A DNA stretch of 64,000 nucleotides, taken from NCBI GenBank assembly GCA_002633005.1, contig NMRA01000153.1:187893-251892 (forward strand), written 5' to 3'. Made by a program: the position numbers and the translations under genes. The notes beneath the pieces were generated by a model that was not told the DNA's origin, searched no databases, and worked only from the letters and a program-made list of their open reading frames with translations. Positions 9,011-20,727 of the stretch are shown here, piece by piece; position 1 is the stretch's first letter; the number at the start of each line of letters is the position of its first letter. The stretch comes from Phoronis australis. Its lineage: Eukaryota > Animalia > Phoronida.

Positions 9011-10740
9011 TAACAGCACCTTGACTAATAAACAAGCTATTGTTAAGAATTGTTTGGTGTTTATATACATGTCAAGATCACTCTTATGTTTATTATGTTT
9101 GTATGGGTATGGTATCCTGATGATTGTGGCCTGTTGTACTGGACATCCAAGTATCAATATTCAACAGGAAATTTTAAATGGGCAAAAGAATTAATTTGGT
9201 TTATCATGTTGCCCTAGTGACGTAGTTGTAGGTTTTTGTGTGCTTATCTTGGCAGAGTGTAATTTCTAAACTGAAAAATTATTAAATCCGTCTAGTATAT
9301 CAGCTCCTATTTGAATACCAAGTTCAGTGAGATGGCTTCAGTATCAGTATCTTATTAGAACCATTGCAACAAATTTATTTTAGTAAAACATATTATCTCT
9401 AGTACATGTTTTTGTGCATTTAGTAAAGGGCAAGTGAAACTTAGACTTATTTTTTGTCAGTGCACTATGGGGACACCTATTTCTATGGATTAAGCAATTT
9501 TTTGGTTTTAATATTTTAGGTTACATATTGGTGAAAGATCTACTTTTTAGTTTTGTTTATTGCTCACAGAGTATCACGCATGTAGTATTGTTTTTATTTA
9601 AATTTCTTGAATATTTGAAAAATATGTATTTGTGATTATTGAGCTATAAGTATGTATTCTAGTAAAATTCATGCTGAGAAAAATACCTTGGAACAGTAGG
9701 GCAAATTAACTTTATTTGTAAATATTAATTGAATAAGCTGCATTATTTTGCAAACACTCACATTGTATATCTATCCCTAATAACTAAACAATAAATAACA
9801 AAAAGATTTTAAATTGTAATGTAACTCTGATACACCTTATTTTTCATATTATTGATTTGCTCTCCATAGTGTATAAAAAATTCCCCACGATTCTTAAGTT
9901 CTGAGTTTGCTTTTAATGCAAGTTGTTTGTTACACTGTATCAGGGCACACAAAATTGGAAACAATTTTTTTTAAAATAGGAATTCAGTTAAAAGCCTGTC
10001 TTTTCAGTGGTATTAATCAAATTAATCTCGTTTTGAAGGCCTAGCTTGTGCGTTGCAGCAGTTACTTGGATTTTTATTATTCATTTCCATCCTATTTCAG
10101 TGGTTAAGTGTTAAAGATATGTAGGACTTTATTGACATGTCTTTAAATTTAGCTAAATATCTACAATTAAAGTATAGCATTTAATTCAGAAAAAGTGATA
10201 TTTTCTGTAAGCAGAAATTCATTAGGATTTAATTGTTGACTTTATACAAATATATGCTTATTGTTATTGTCTCTCCATAGTCATTCAAAAGTGGGTGAGA
10301 AACATTCCTTATAGTTTCTTGAAATGCATAACAGGTAGTATTCATTTTAAAGCTTTGTATGAATCCATTCAGCCATTTCCGAGATATGATCTTCAGAAGT
10401 GCCAATTTTTTACATTTTTTATGTAGTTTTACATTACCTTAGTATTGGGCATCCTCTTTGATTTGGTTGCCAGATCAAGGTAATTTTGTAAATGTTTAGT
10501 ACAACAAGTTTAATGTCTAATACTTGGATTTAAGTCCAGAAAATGCTATTTCAGGGGGTAAAACTCCGTATTTGATTGAAGACAAATGCCTTTTTCTTAT
10601 GACAATTTAGGGATTATTTTAAACTATTTTCCCAATAACTTGTATTGAAAATTATTAACTGGACCCCAATTTTTACATAGTTTTTTATCTATATTGGAAA
10701 CTGAAGAAATTTTGCTGTAATTTGTTTGCTTGATAAAGTT

Positions 10741-10880
10741 TTGCCCCATCCCTGGATTCAGCTAAGCAAGGTTACCTGTGGTGGATTATCCCCTGCTATG
10801 ATGAACTGTGACTAATTGACAGGTGACATACTGACAACTCCTGGGAATTACCCTTCAGTTGAAGAAGGTGTTGTATATTA
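10741..10880. promoter_or_regulatory. Repeated GGATTA module copy 3
   Basis: ctggattcagctaagcaaggttacctgtggtggattatcccctgctatgatgaac; GGATTA at 10783. Confidence 0.45.
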
Positions 10881-10989
10881 AAAATTGACATTGAAACAAC
10901 AAACTAAACAAGAATGACAGGTTCCCTGTCAACCTGTAAATCATATTCTTCTTTATTTTTCTTTGGAATGACTAAGTGTCCTAGTTTTC

Positions 10990-11066
10990 AATGATTATCT
11001 TGTCATTATGCAAGATTATTACAAAGATAATGATTATCTTGTCATTATGCAAGATTATTACAAAGA
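10990..11066. repeat. Perfect 39-bp tandem duplication
   Basis: aatgattatcttgtcattatgcaagattattacaaaga x2. Confidence 0.9.
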
Positions 11067-11505
11067 CAATTGGCTAATGTGTGTAGTTAAGTGGCAAATA
11101 TTATTTGTCAGAAACCTCTTCTCTTACAGTATATTTTTCTTGTTCATTAACCTATCATATAATCACTAACCATTATTTTTTGTATGAAATTTACAAAGTC
11201 TATTTTTATTCTACTGGCTACAAAAGCATGTCTGTAATTTTCTAAGGTCTTTTAGCTAATAACTCCACTGTCAAAAATGAAGTTGTCATAATTCTTTGAC
11301 AAAAAGCAGTCTTAATTTTTGACAATTAAACTGTTGGGCTGGAAGGACTTAAAAGAAAACTCCAGATACTGTTTTGTAAGTAATGAAATAAGGAACTAGA
11401 ATTTACAAGTTCGGTGTGAAAAAAATGTTTTAAAAATTCAGCATCTAAATGAAAAATCCTGTTTTTATAAAAAATGTATAAAAATGGAATTCATTGCACA
11501 TAATA

Positions 11506-12014
11506 CAGGGCTTGGAATTTTCCGCGGAAACGCGGATTTCCGCTTTTTTCAAATGTGCTTTCCGCTTTTTTTTATTTTTTCGAGTAAAAAAATCGGATTT
11601 GATGTAAAATTTCCGTGGCAAATTCCTTTCTTACCACGGCGTTGCAGACGACGTTCACCTTGAAAAGCGGAAGTTGCTCTTTATGTTTCGGAGGAACGTA
11701 AATTGTCAACATTGCCGGGGCACCTGGGACAGCGTGGTGGGATTTTCAATGGCGTCTCGTGTTATTGTTAAGCGCGGCACCAATACTACCGCTCTGCAGC
11801 CAGAAAGTGTGTGGGTTGGGAGTGGACGGGCGAGCTAAAGGGACGCAGACGCATGCTACTGATGGTGGTAACGTTTTTTTTTTTTTTTAGTCCTCCCGAT
11901 TTTTGTCGGGGAAAGGTTCACATTGACCATTTCAAGGATGGTTATCGGGCATGATTTGGGCGGTAAAAGTTTCAAAGTTTCCGCGTTTTTTGTCATTGGT
12001 CATTCCAAGCCCTG
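11506..12014 (+). mobile_element. hAT-like MITE with 6-bp TSD
   Basis: 13-bp perfect TIR CAGGGCTTGGAAT/ATTCCAAGCCCTG; ATAATA on both flanks. Confidence 0.88.
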
Positions 12015-12058
12015 ATAATAAGATCCTGCGGGTTATTTAAGAAATCTGATAGTTTGTG

Positions 12059-12287
12059 CAAGACTTGGAATTTTCCTCTTTTTTAAAAGGATTTCCTCTT
12101 GTTTGATTTCCAATTTCTTCTTTTTGGCTCTTTATCATTATTTTGACTTGATTCATGCAAAAATGTTTATTTCAGTTAAATTTTACGACACAAAATATGT
12201 ATCTTTCACACAAGCCCATTTATTTGTGGAGCGATACATCACCCGGGAGATTTTCCTCTTTTTTGTCATTGGTCATTCCAAGCCTTG
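12059..12287 (+). mobile_element. Older, shorter relative of the same hAT-like MITE
   Basis: Ends CAAGACTTGGAATTTTCC and TTGGTCATTCCAAGCCTTG match the neighbouring element's termini. Confidence 0.65.
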
Positions 12288-12778
12288 TTGGTATGTTAAA
12301 TATACTATTATCTTGAATGGGTTTACGCTCGAGCTTCTGAAAAATTATGAAAAATATTCCAGTCATCAGCTGTGAAACCGAACTCAAAGGGAGAGGGGTA
12401 GCCAATATTAGAAATATCTGTGGGCATTGTTGAAAATTTATGTATTAATATTTCAAAAATATTGATTGTTAACTCAATTAAAAAGAATGGAATGCTCTTG
12501 TTTTTCCTGCATTTAACCTGATGTAACAGTATGGTTTGGAATACAAAAGGACAAAAATGTGTCAGTGCTACTGACATATAATCAATGTTATCTTTTTTGA
12601 AGAGCTTGTGTCTTCCACCATTTTTTAAACACAGTCTATTCTAAAGTCCCAGTTTGCTGATTCATTGTTACACCATGTTGAGGAGATACAACTCTTGGCC
12701 TTGTCATTGTTAATTCTAAGTCATTGCTAAAACTTCACTGCAAGATAATATGAGATGCACGTGCGGCACAGAGGTCTG

Positions 12779-13179
12779 TGCTGGGTTGCATGAAACAGTC
12801 CCAAATAGGGACTCGACTAAGTTGCCTAAATCTTTGACCTATCTGTGTCTTTGTTAACTCTCAGATGGAATCTTTTTCTACCATTTCATCTTTAATATGA
12901 CCTCCTCATCCTGAGCCCTGAATTCAATGAAAACAAATAGGGACTTAGTCCTTAAGTTAGGAGTGTTGCATGAAAAGATCCCCAAATAGTTTCATTAATA
13001 ATGCCAATTCAGTGTTGAGTTCACTCTCAATTTTTTTATCAAAGTCAAAAGTTGACTACATAATGAAACTAAAATAGCAGAAGAAATGACAATCGGTGTT
13101 TTCACAAGTCCACAAATATGCAGTAGATTTAGGGAACTTAGTTGAGTCCCTATTTGGGACTCTTTCATGCCACCGGGCA
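12779..13179. mobile_element. Harbinger-like MITE (partial relative at about 42950-43335)
   Basis: About 55-bp imperfect TIRs (..gcatgaaacagtcccaaatagggactc..); CTG on both flanks. Confidence 0.7.
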
Positions 13180-13866
13180 CTGATGAGTAATATGAGTGTA
13201 GATACTGATGAGGGATACATGTGTTTCTTTTTCCTGTTTTTGCTGTAGCTTAACCTTGCTTTGTCTCTGCTGCAAGCCAGAATTAACTATATCTCAACTG
13301 TTGACATGGACATTGCGAAGCACGCTTTTTACTGTAATTTTCTACCTATTTAACTCACATTCATGTATAGCTGTCAAGAGATTTTTTGTTCAATGTCTCA
13401 AGAAAATTAAATATAAAATTTTGTCCAATTATTGGCTTGGTTTTTACAATGTAGATATTTAAAACAAAATTTTTCTCAGCGAGTTGTGCGCCCATATTTC
13501 TTGTTAAATAGCCTCAAAATCGTGCCCAATGCAATCTTAGAAGGGTTGGCCTTCCTGTTGAGTTGGCGACATTTCGACATTGCTTTTTATTTGCCAATGC
13601 CCTCGTCAGTTTGAGAGAGGAATAACTTTTCTGTCAGGAAATGGAAAATTTGCGTCGCTCAGTAACCCAGTTTAGAATTTGTGTTTTAGAGCAGCTTTAA
13701 GGGATAATTTTCCTTTAATTTTCTTAAGGAAAATATTAAAAAGTCTGACTCCTAAAAGTGCTTTCATAATCTTAGACAACTTGGTTCTTACAAAATTGTG
13801 AAGTGGACCAAAGTCTGGAGGGTACTGTATGCTGTCTGGTGTGGGAAGCTACAGAAAGTTCCACTG

Positions 13867-14050
13867 ATAAACCTGTTTGATCTATTCACTGGTATTGTCA
13901 GGGGGTTATTAACCCATTCATGGATTTACCTGAGCAGGGTTGCCTGTGTGGATTAGTACCTGCTGGGATAAATTAGCCTCAGTCTAGGTGTTGGCACTGC
14001 ACATTTCATGCTACTAAGCACTGGGTAATTGATTATCTTACACTTCAACA
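13867..14050. promoter_or_regulatory. Repeated GGATTA module copy 4
   Basis: atggatttacctgagcagggttgcctgtgtggattagtacctgctgggataaat; GGATTA at 13950; 5' flank closely matches copy 2. Confidence 0.5.
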
Positions 14051-15599
14051 GCTCTGCTTAATGATGGTTGGCTTTAATAATGGGCCAATGAAACTTACTG
14101 TAATGAGGCTTAGAATTACATGTCAACTCAGTCATAGCTCATTGTTGTAGCTTGCCTGTGTTTTCTTGGAGTTTTCACAAGGTTATTAAGGACTTTGGAA
14201 AAATTGACCAATTTTGGCCAACTTCAGAACATGATATCTCAGATACAGCTGGTTGAAGCCTTCAGATACTATAATTTATGCACTGTTCTTTAAAATGTTT
14301 GTGGGCATTAGGGGCTATAAAGAAATAGGACTTTAAGGATTTTATGAAAGAACTAAAAAGTTGCATAAAACCAAAATTTTACAGCATTTTAGAAATCCAT
14401 TACGGCATTTTTGAAATTTCATCTGGACATTTATTTCAAATAAAATTTGGTCGTGTTAGGGATACCAGTGTTTTACTTAGATTATATTCCTTGTGTTAAG
14501 TTTTACTAAATAGACATGGTGAGATGAATCGGGTAATGTATTACTGGTGTTAAGTAGAAAATGCTATGTTGAAGGGCTTTCTACTTTCTGAATATGTGTT
14601 CTTTTACTTAATTAAAATTGCTGATATTGTCTATATACACACACTTGTTGATAAGGTCCAAAGAATGTTGATATACTCAATTTTGTTGTTTTTTGATAAA
14701 GCTACTGTTTCTCACAACAATTGTTCATTAAAACAAATAAAACAAAGTAAAACAAAAGGAATCTGTGAGACTCCTGGTAACGACAATTTTACCTTTTCTT
14801 GATCTCTGTCTCACAACAAACTGGGCCAAATTTTTGTAATTTCGCGAGAACAGCAGTCGATTATTAATGTTGTTACTGTTAATGTTGATCTGTATTATTA
14901 TTGTTACTTCCGTGTGGCGTCTCAGTTTTATCATTTTGAAATGTCTAAATTTGTTATTTCATGGGTCTTGTTTTATTTGCTCACTGTACATATTTATGCT
15001 CGAATTTATTGTATTTTATATTTCACCTAATATGTATCATATAATTAAATGTTGTTTTTGTTCGAGATAAAAATTGTTCCTGTTGTGACATTTCTTTTTG
15101 GCCCAGCAAACATAATAAATCTTAAATAAACAAATAAAAAAATAGTTACAAAATTTAGTAGTCAACAGTGAGGACTATTTGCTGTTGTGAACATCATATA
15201 CTTCTTTATTTGACTAGTCATCTATTGTCTGTGAATCTGTTGTGATATTGAAGCCTTTTCTGTTTGTTTAATGGTATCTTCATATGGCTTCACCATGTTA
15301 CTTACAATGTAGATATGTTGGGCCTTAATAAGTCTTGGCATCACCCAGTTACATACAGTGGATGGAAATTTGTATGTTTGTTACACGAGTTAAATCTTGG
15401 CTTCATCTAGACTTACACTAGAGGACAATTAGTGTGTTATGTTATAGGTAAATCTTAATTTAATATGGATATCTAACATGTATTTTTCTTTACAAAAGCA
15501 TTTTCATGATTTCAAACAGGTGATTTCTCCTGCTTGTTTGGTAAAGTTGTGGATACAACCCCCAAGTTTCTAACAAAATAATTTCAGCATGCATGAGCT

Positions 15600-15790
15600 G
15601 TTTCCCTATTCAGTGTCATCATAAGGTGCTGTATCCCAATTTCTGATTTAACTATGCATGGTTACCCATAGGGGATTAGTTCCTACTGTGATAACTGGCC
15701 AACAGATTAGGTCCTCAGGGGAGCATTTGATGTTGTGAACTATGGATTAATTGTCTGTCACTTAAAGAAAGTTGGTTTACTGAATGCTGG
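15600..15790. promoter_or_regulatory. Repeated GGATTA module copy 5
   Basis: ctgatttaactatgcatggttacccataggggattagttcctactgtgataac; GGATTA at 15673 and 15744. Confidence 0.45.
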
Positions 15791-17397
15791 CCTTTGAAGC
15801 AATAAATTAACCAGTGTGGAATATAATTTTGATTTTATTCTTCTGTGGATGGGGTAAAATCTCTAGTCTGGGGCAGTCCCTAAAATTTGGGACACCGAAA
15901 ATCAAGCCGTAATTGAATCTCATTGATTCTGAAAATTGGGACATAGTAAATTTTTCAGTTTTCTCAAATATTACACACACGCTTTGTGTCAATAAAATTT
16001 GGTAATTGACTGCAGGTCACAAAATTGTTGAAAATAGTAGCCAATGTCACATATTCCTGGATCCCCATATAGTGTGTAACAACATCCAGTTGGATGATTG
16101 TGTGTCGGCGAGTGTAATTCTTGGAAAAGATGATATTGGCTATTTCTAAAATTTGGAAACTGCTCGACCTTAAGCCAAATAGGAAATTTTTGACTGTACC
16201 GACTCACTCTGTACGAAAAATAAAGAAAGTGACATTTCAATGCATGTTAAATAAAAAGTCTTCCTTTTTTGTTTGAGTCATACCTGTTGCCCGCTCACTT
16301 ATTTCACATAGCAGTAAGTGAAAAAATAACATCAGGTTTCTATTTTTCAAAGACAGATTGCTCAGCGCGAACCAAGCCAGTAATAAAATAACATTTTCTT
16401 AATGTTTTAGTTTTGTTGGAATTTGATAAAAGAGATTTTCCGCTTATCTGCCATATTGTATGCTAAACATATGAAGAATTATCATATCAATAATTGAAAA
16501 TAAAACTGATATCCTGTAAAACTCATGCATAATGAAATCACAATTTGGCAGTGAATTGACTGTTTATGTTTTTTGTGAACAGTGTGTTTTCTCTAAGCTA
16601 AGGACAATGTCTTGATGAGCCTGGCTGGTGACCGACAGACGGAAGCAGGCGACTTGTTCTAACCCATGCCTCGATTGTGTCCCTGTCCTTACGATTCTTA
16701 ACCAGATTGAACAACAGTTAGTCGGTTCCCACTTGTTTTTTCTCCCGTTTTGTGTTCGTACTGAGAACTGCCTTGGTGTGACATGGCAATTGAAGCACGG
16801 GTTACTGAAAAGAGATTGACAACAAACTGATAGAATGAAATTGATATTTTTTATTTTTCGATTACCGTAATTCTTCACTTATTTTAAAGGCTGAATACTT
16901 TGCTTCAAATGATAATTTTGACAAAATAAAATTTCACCCCTACCATATTGTGGGCTAAGTAGCTGAAGAATTACGGTTTCTGTACGTTGTTTCAAATAAT
17001 CAAACTTTTGTTTGAGTTTGCTTTATGTCCAGAATGAGTTCAAAGTAAGATAAAATAAGAATGAGCCAGTTTATTCATCTAAAAAGTAACACCTATGAGT
17101 GCCATTTCTATAACAGTGTTAACCATAGAAAACAGAAAGCGTTGATTTGCCCTATTTCATGACTCAGTTTTCTATGATGCGTCGTAAAATTAAATCAACA
17201 ATTGACATTCGCCCTCTTCTGAAGCCTGATGTCCCGAATTGATGCCTGTACTGTATTACAAAAACAGCGATGACATTAACTAAGAACTACACAGTTCAGA
17301 ACATTCACTTTACTACTTTCAGGAAGTGCTTTGATATGCACAAGTTGTTTATATAAATGACATTGCCATTAAATGAAGTTCATTATATAAATTGCAG

Positions 17398-17543
17398 GAG
17401 TCGATACCCTTTGCGGTGGTTGGCTCGAACCAAATCATTGAGGTTAAAGGTCGTAAGGTGCGAGGTCGCATGTACCCTTGGGGTGTGGTTGAGGTTGAGA
17501 ACCCTGACCACTGTGACTTCATCAAGCTGAGGACGATGCTGAT
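17398..17543 (+). CDS. SEPT2: SEPT2-like septin (gene 1) exon, septin unique element
   Basis: ttgcag/gtaagt; [49 protein letters not shown]. Confidence 0.97.
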
Positions 17544-18822
17544 GTAAGTATGATATGTCGACAGCTGTCTTCATCGGACCACTTGTGTAAAACCTGTAAT
17601 GTAGTTGTGTACAACATTAATACTATAGCACCAAATCAAATGTATTTCCATGTTCAAATTTTGTTCCACAGCTCCCTCTGCAGACAAAAGTTTTGAAAAG
17701 TTGTGGGCATTCGCAGTGATGTTAGAGGTCCTTGAAAATGAAATGTGTCTTTGGCAATTGTTTTTGTACAGAATCGGTGAGATTTACCGTACTCTTGTTA
17801 TGTCAGTGGGAGCTTGAAATCCATGAGGTGCCGCAAATAAAGTTAGAGAAATGCCTGCATTCAGGAAAGAACATGGGTCCCTTATCACACAACACCCCTG
17901 TGGTGATGAACTACTTTCTGATCTCAATCTATTCATCAGATGTCAAGTAAAGGGACGTTGGTGAATATAGAGTCACCCATTGTACATTTGACCTTGAACT
18001 TGGCAGTGTAAGAGACATTCATTAATCTTGAAGGCTCTGACACACCAATCTTTTTCTCAGAACGTGTGCAAGCCCATCATAATAGTTTGATGAAATGGGT
18101 TGGAGACGGGCAAAAATGTCCAACTTTGCCCAAAAGCTTGCCTCAAGTAGCGCATGGTTTTTATTCTGAGATTGAACTGCACTTAGTTGGTTGCAACTAT
18201 GTTCACAAGATTGTGCTGAGAACTACCTTGGTGTGACGGGGACCCTAAGTGGTTTCACCATCTAGCATCACTGTAAAACCTCCCCACTTTAAGACCCGAT
18301 GTGGCCTACAGCTGAATTTTTTTTCGTTTTTTTGTTGTAAAATATATCGGCAAATGAATACTTAACTGTGTTCAAATTTTTTGTGAAGTCTACAATGATG
18401 CTAGAAAATGTTTGAAAAACTAATGGGCACTCAAGACAATGTAAGAAGACCTTGAACTATGAGAAAGTGGTAGTTTTGGCAATTATATTTGTCCGAAATT
18501 GGTTACGTTTAACTGTATTTTTTGTGGTTATGATCGCATAACCTGTACAATTAGCGGAAAATTTTGTTTCTAATTCCTTGTTCCACTCTGCTGATTTCAA
18601 TGATTATATTCAGTAGTTATAATTTACTTCTTGCATTGAATTCTGCGCATGTTGACTTAATTGAAACAAAGTAAAAAGTTTGAAGGTAATTTTACAAGCT
18701 GTTAGCGTAGTCGGAAATTAAAAAAGGCTTCTGTCGTAGAATGTTTTAAACCAGTAGTGAACCACTCAAAGTTGAACTTTCCTGTTTAGTTGCAGTGCCA
18801 CCTGATGGTGTTACAATATTAA

Positions 18823-20335
18823 CCCTCTTGCTGCCAGAGCCCATGGTGACCCACATAACCTCCAGTGCCAGGCATTATAAAGCACCTTCTAGTGGCCATG
18901 TTACGAACTACTAACTTGTGCTTTAATTAATCATTTTTCAAGTGATGATCATTATTTTTCAAGTTACCATTGATACTGTGAGTAGAGCATAGATTTATCT
19001 TGTTGAGTACATTTCAGTTATCTAAAACATATTTGTTTTTTCAGAGTAGGGGCCTTGGAATCAAAAGACCCGTGGATAAAAATCTAAACATGCGTGTATT
19101 TTGGTGACAAAAATCAATTTATATGCTTCATTAACTATTTTACAAGGTCTTAACTTGTTTTTCTTACGATTCAGAAAGTATCTGTGGACCTGGACAAGAA
19201 CTAACAATTTTTTTCTAGGTTTAACACCAATAAACGATATTGATAAAATCAAGGTCTAATTGAAGAAAATCATTGAACTCTCAGTCTCTCACATACTTTT
19301 ACATGTTTATTATTTGAAAAACTGAATCAACAAATTCATTTTATGAACATATATACATGTTTACAAAATTAACAAGAAGTTAGAGTATAAGAATAAACAA
19401 GTTATTTTAATAAAGTAACTGATTTAGACACAAGTAACAAGTTCAGTCCTTTTTTCACAAGTGTTCAGTTCAGTCCTTATTACTCAACATTGTTTACAAA
19501 ATGTAACAAACCATTGATCAACAGAAACTTATTTTGTGACATAACTAATAAAACAAAATCGTTTGAAATATCGTGGAAGTGTTCTAATGATAATGTACAA
19601 ATGGTTTTCACAAGTCCGATAGATATTTGAAAGGCCGTCACAGCACGGATATCGTCCGGTGACACGGGAGCCCAGCCTTGCAAACACGAGTGTCACGATA
19701 ACGGCTGGCTTTTCGCGAGTATTGATCCGCGAAAATGTTCGTCTGGGTGCAAATCATCCTCATAAAATCCTTATTGAAGAAAAGTTTGAAGTAGTTAACA
19801 GGTTTAGTACCCACTAAAATCACGCGAATCCCTGGATCTTCAGTGAACTCAGACACTACGATCGAACAGGTAAGTTACTTGTGTCAGCCACCCATTCCTC
19901 GGGTAAAACGTCGCCACCGTTCTCAAGAACGGCATCCAAGTCAGCGTCCCTCATAAATCTTCTGAAGTAAAGCCTTCATACTCCTTGTCTCTATCAAAAT
20001 CGTTCGTAAAAATCGTATAAACCGCATCTAAATAACTATCGTCAAACTCGTTCGCCATGTTTACTATCTCAATACGCGTGGTTTTTAACTCGCGAATCAC
20101 GTGCGCTTTGACATCGTTGGAAGCCAAATTTTTCACTGAATGCTTAGTAAAACTAAATTTGATTGGCTTAGCCACATTTTCTTGTGGGTGTGCCTTCAAA
20201 ACCGACGCCAATTGGCTAAAATCTGAAGGGTACCTTGAGGCTGTTTTCTGGGTCACATGGTCGCAAATATGCGACTACGGCACTGGCAAGGGATAAAGTT
20301 GTTGTCGCAGAATTGCGACCACGGCAGTAAGAGGG
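18823..20335 (-). mobile_element. Internally deleted piggyBac element
   Basis: TTAA TSDs; TIR CCCTCTT(G/A)CTGCC; subterminal repeats; transposase remnant inside. Confidence 0.92.
19600..19860 (-). pseudogene. Frameshifted piggyBac transposase N-terminal fragment
   Basis: PVNYFKLFFNKDFMRMICTQTNIFADQY, then in another frame GWAPVSPDDIRAVTAFQISIGLVK, typical of the PGBD region before the DDD core. Confidence 0.8.
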
Positions 20336-20601
20336 TTAACATGAAGAGTCAGTTAGTTGTCCACAGAAAACAAAAGCGATATCATTTTGTTCTTTTACTC
20401 CACGGGTACTAAGGATTCATGCGAGACATTTTAATTTAGGCCATATCCTTATAGGTGAAGTGTAGGACTATGTGCCTATATTTGAGACAAATCGGTAAAC
20501 ATTTTCTTTGAAAATACGCGTTATCATGAATTCAACTGAATGGGTCTAAATACATGAATACACTGTTGTATAATATTGTGCTCTATGTTATTGAAATTCA
20601 G

Positions 20602-20727
20602 CACGCACATGCAAGATCTGCAGGAGGTCACTCAAGAGATCCACTATGAGAACTTCCGCTCAGACAAACTGGCTGGTGGTGCTGGCGGCGGCGGCGGCGG
20701 CGGTGGTGGCGCCACTCGCAAGGCAGG
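20602..20727 (+). CDS. SEPT2: SEPT2-like septin (gene 1) exon with poly-Gly tract
   Basis: attcag/gtgggt; [42 protein letters not shown]. Confidence 0.93.
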
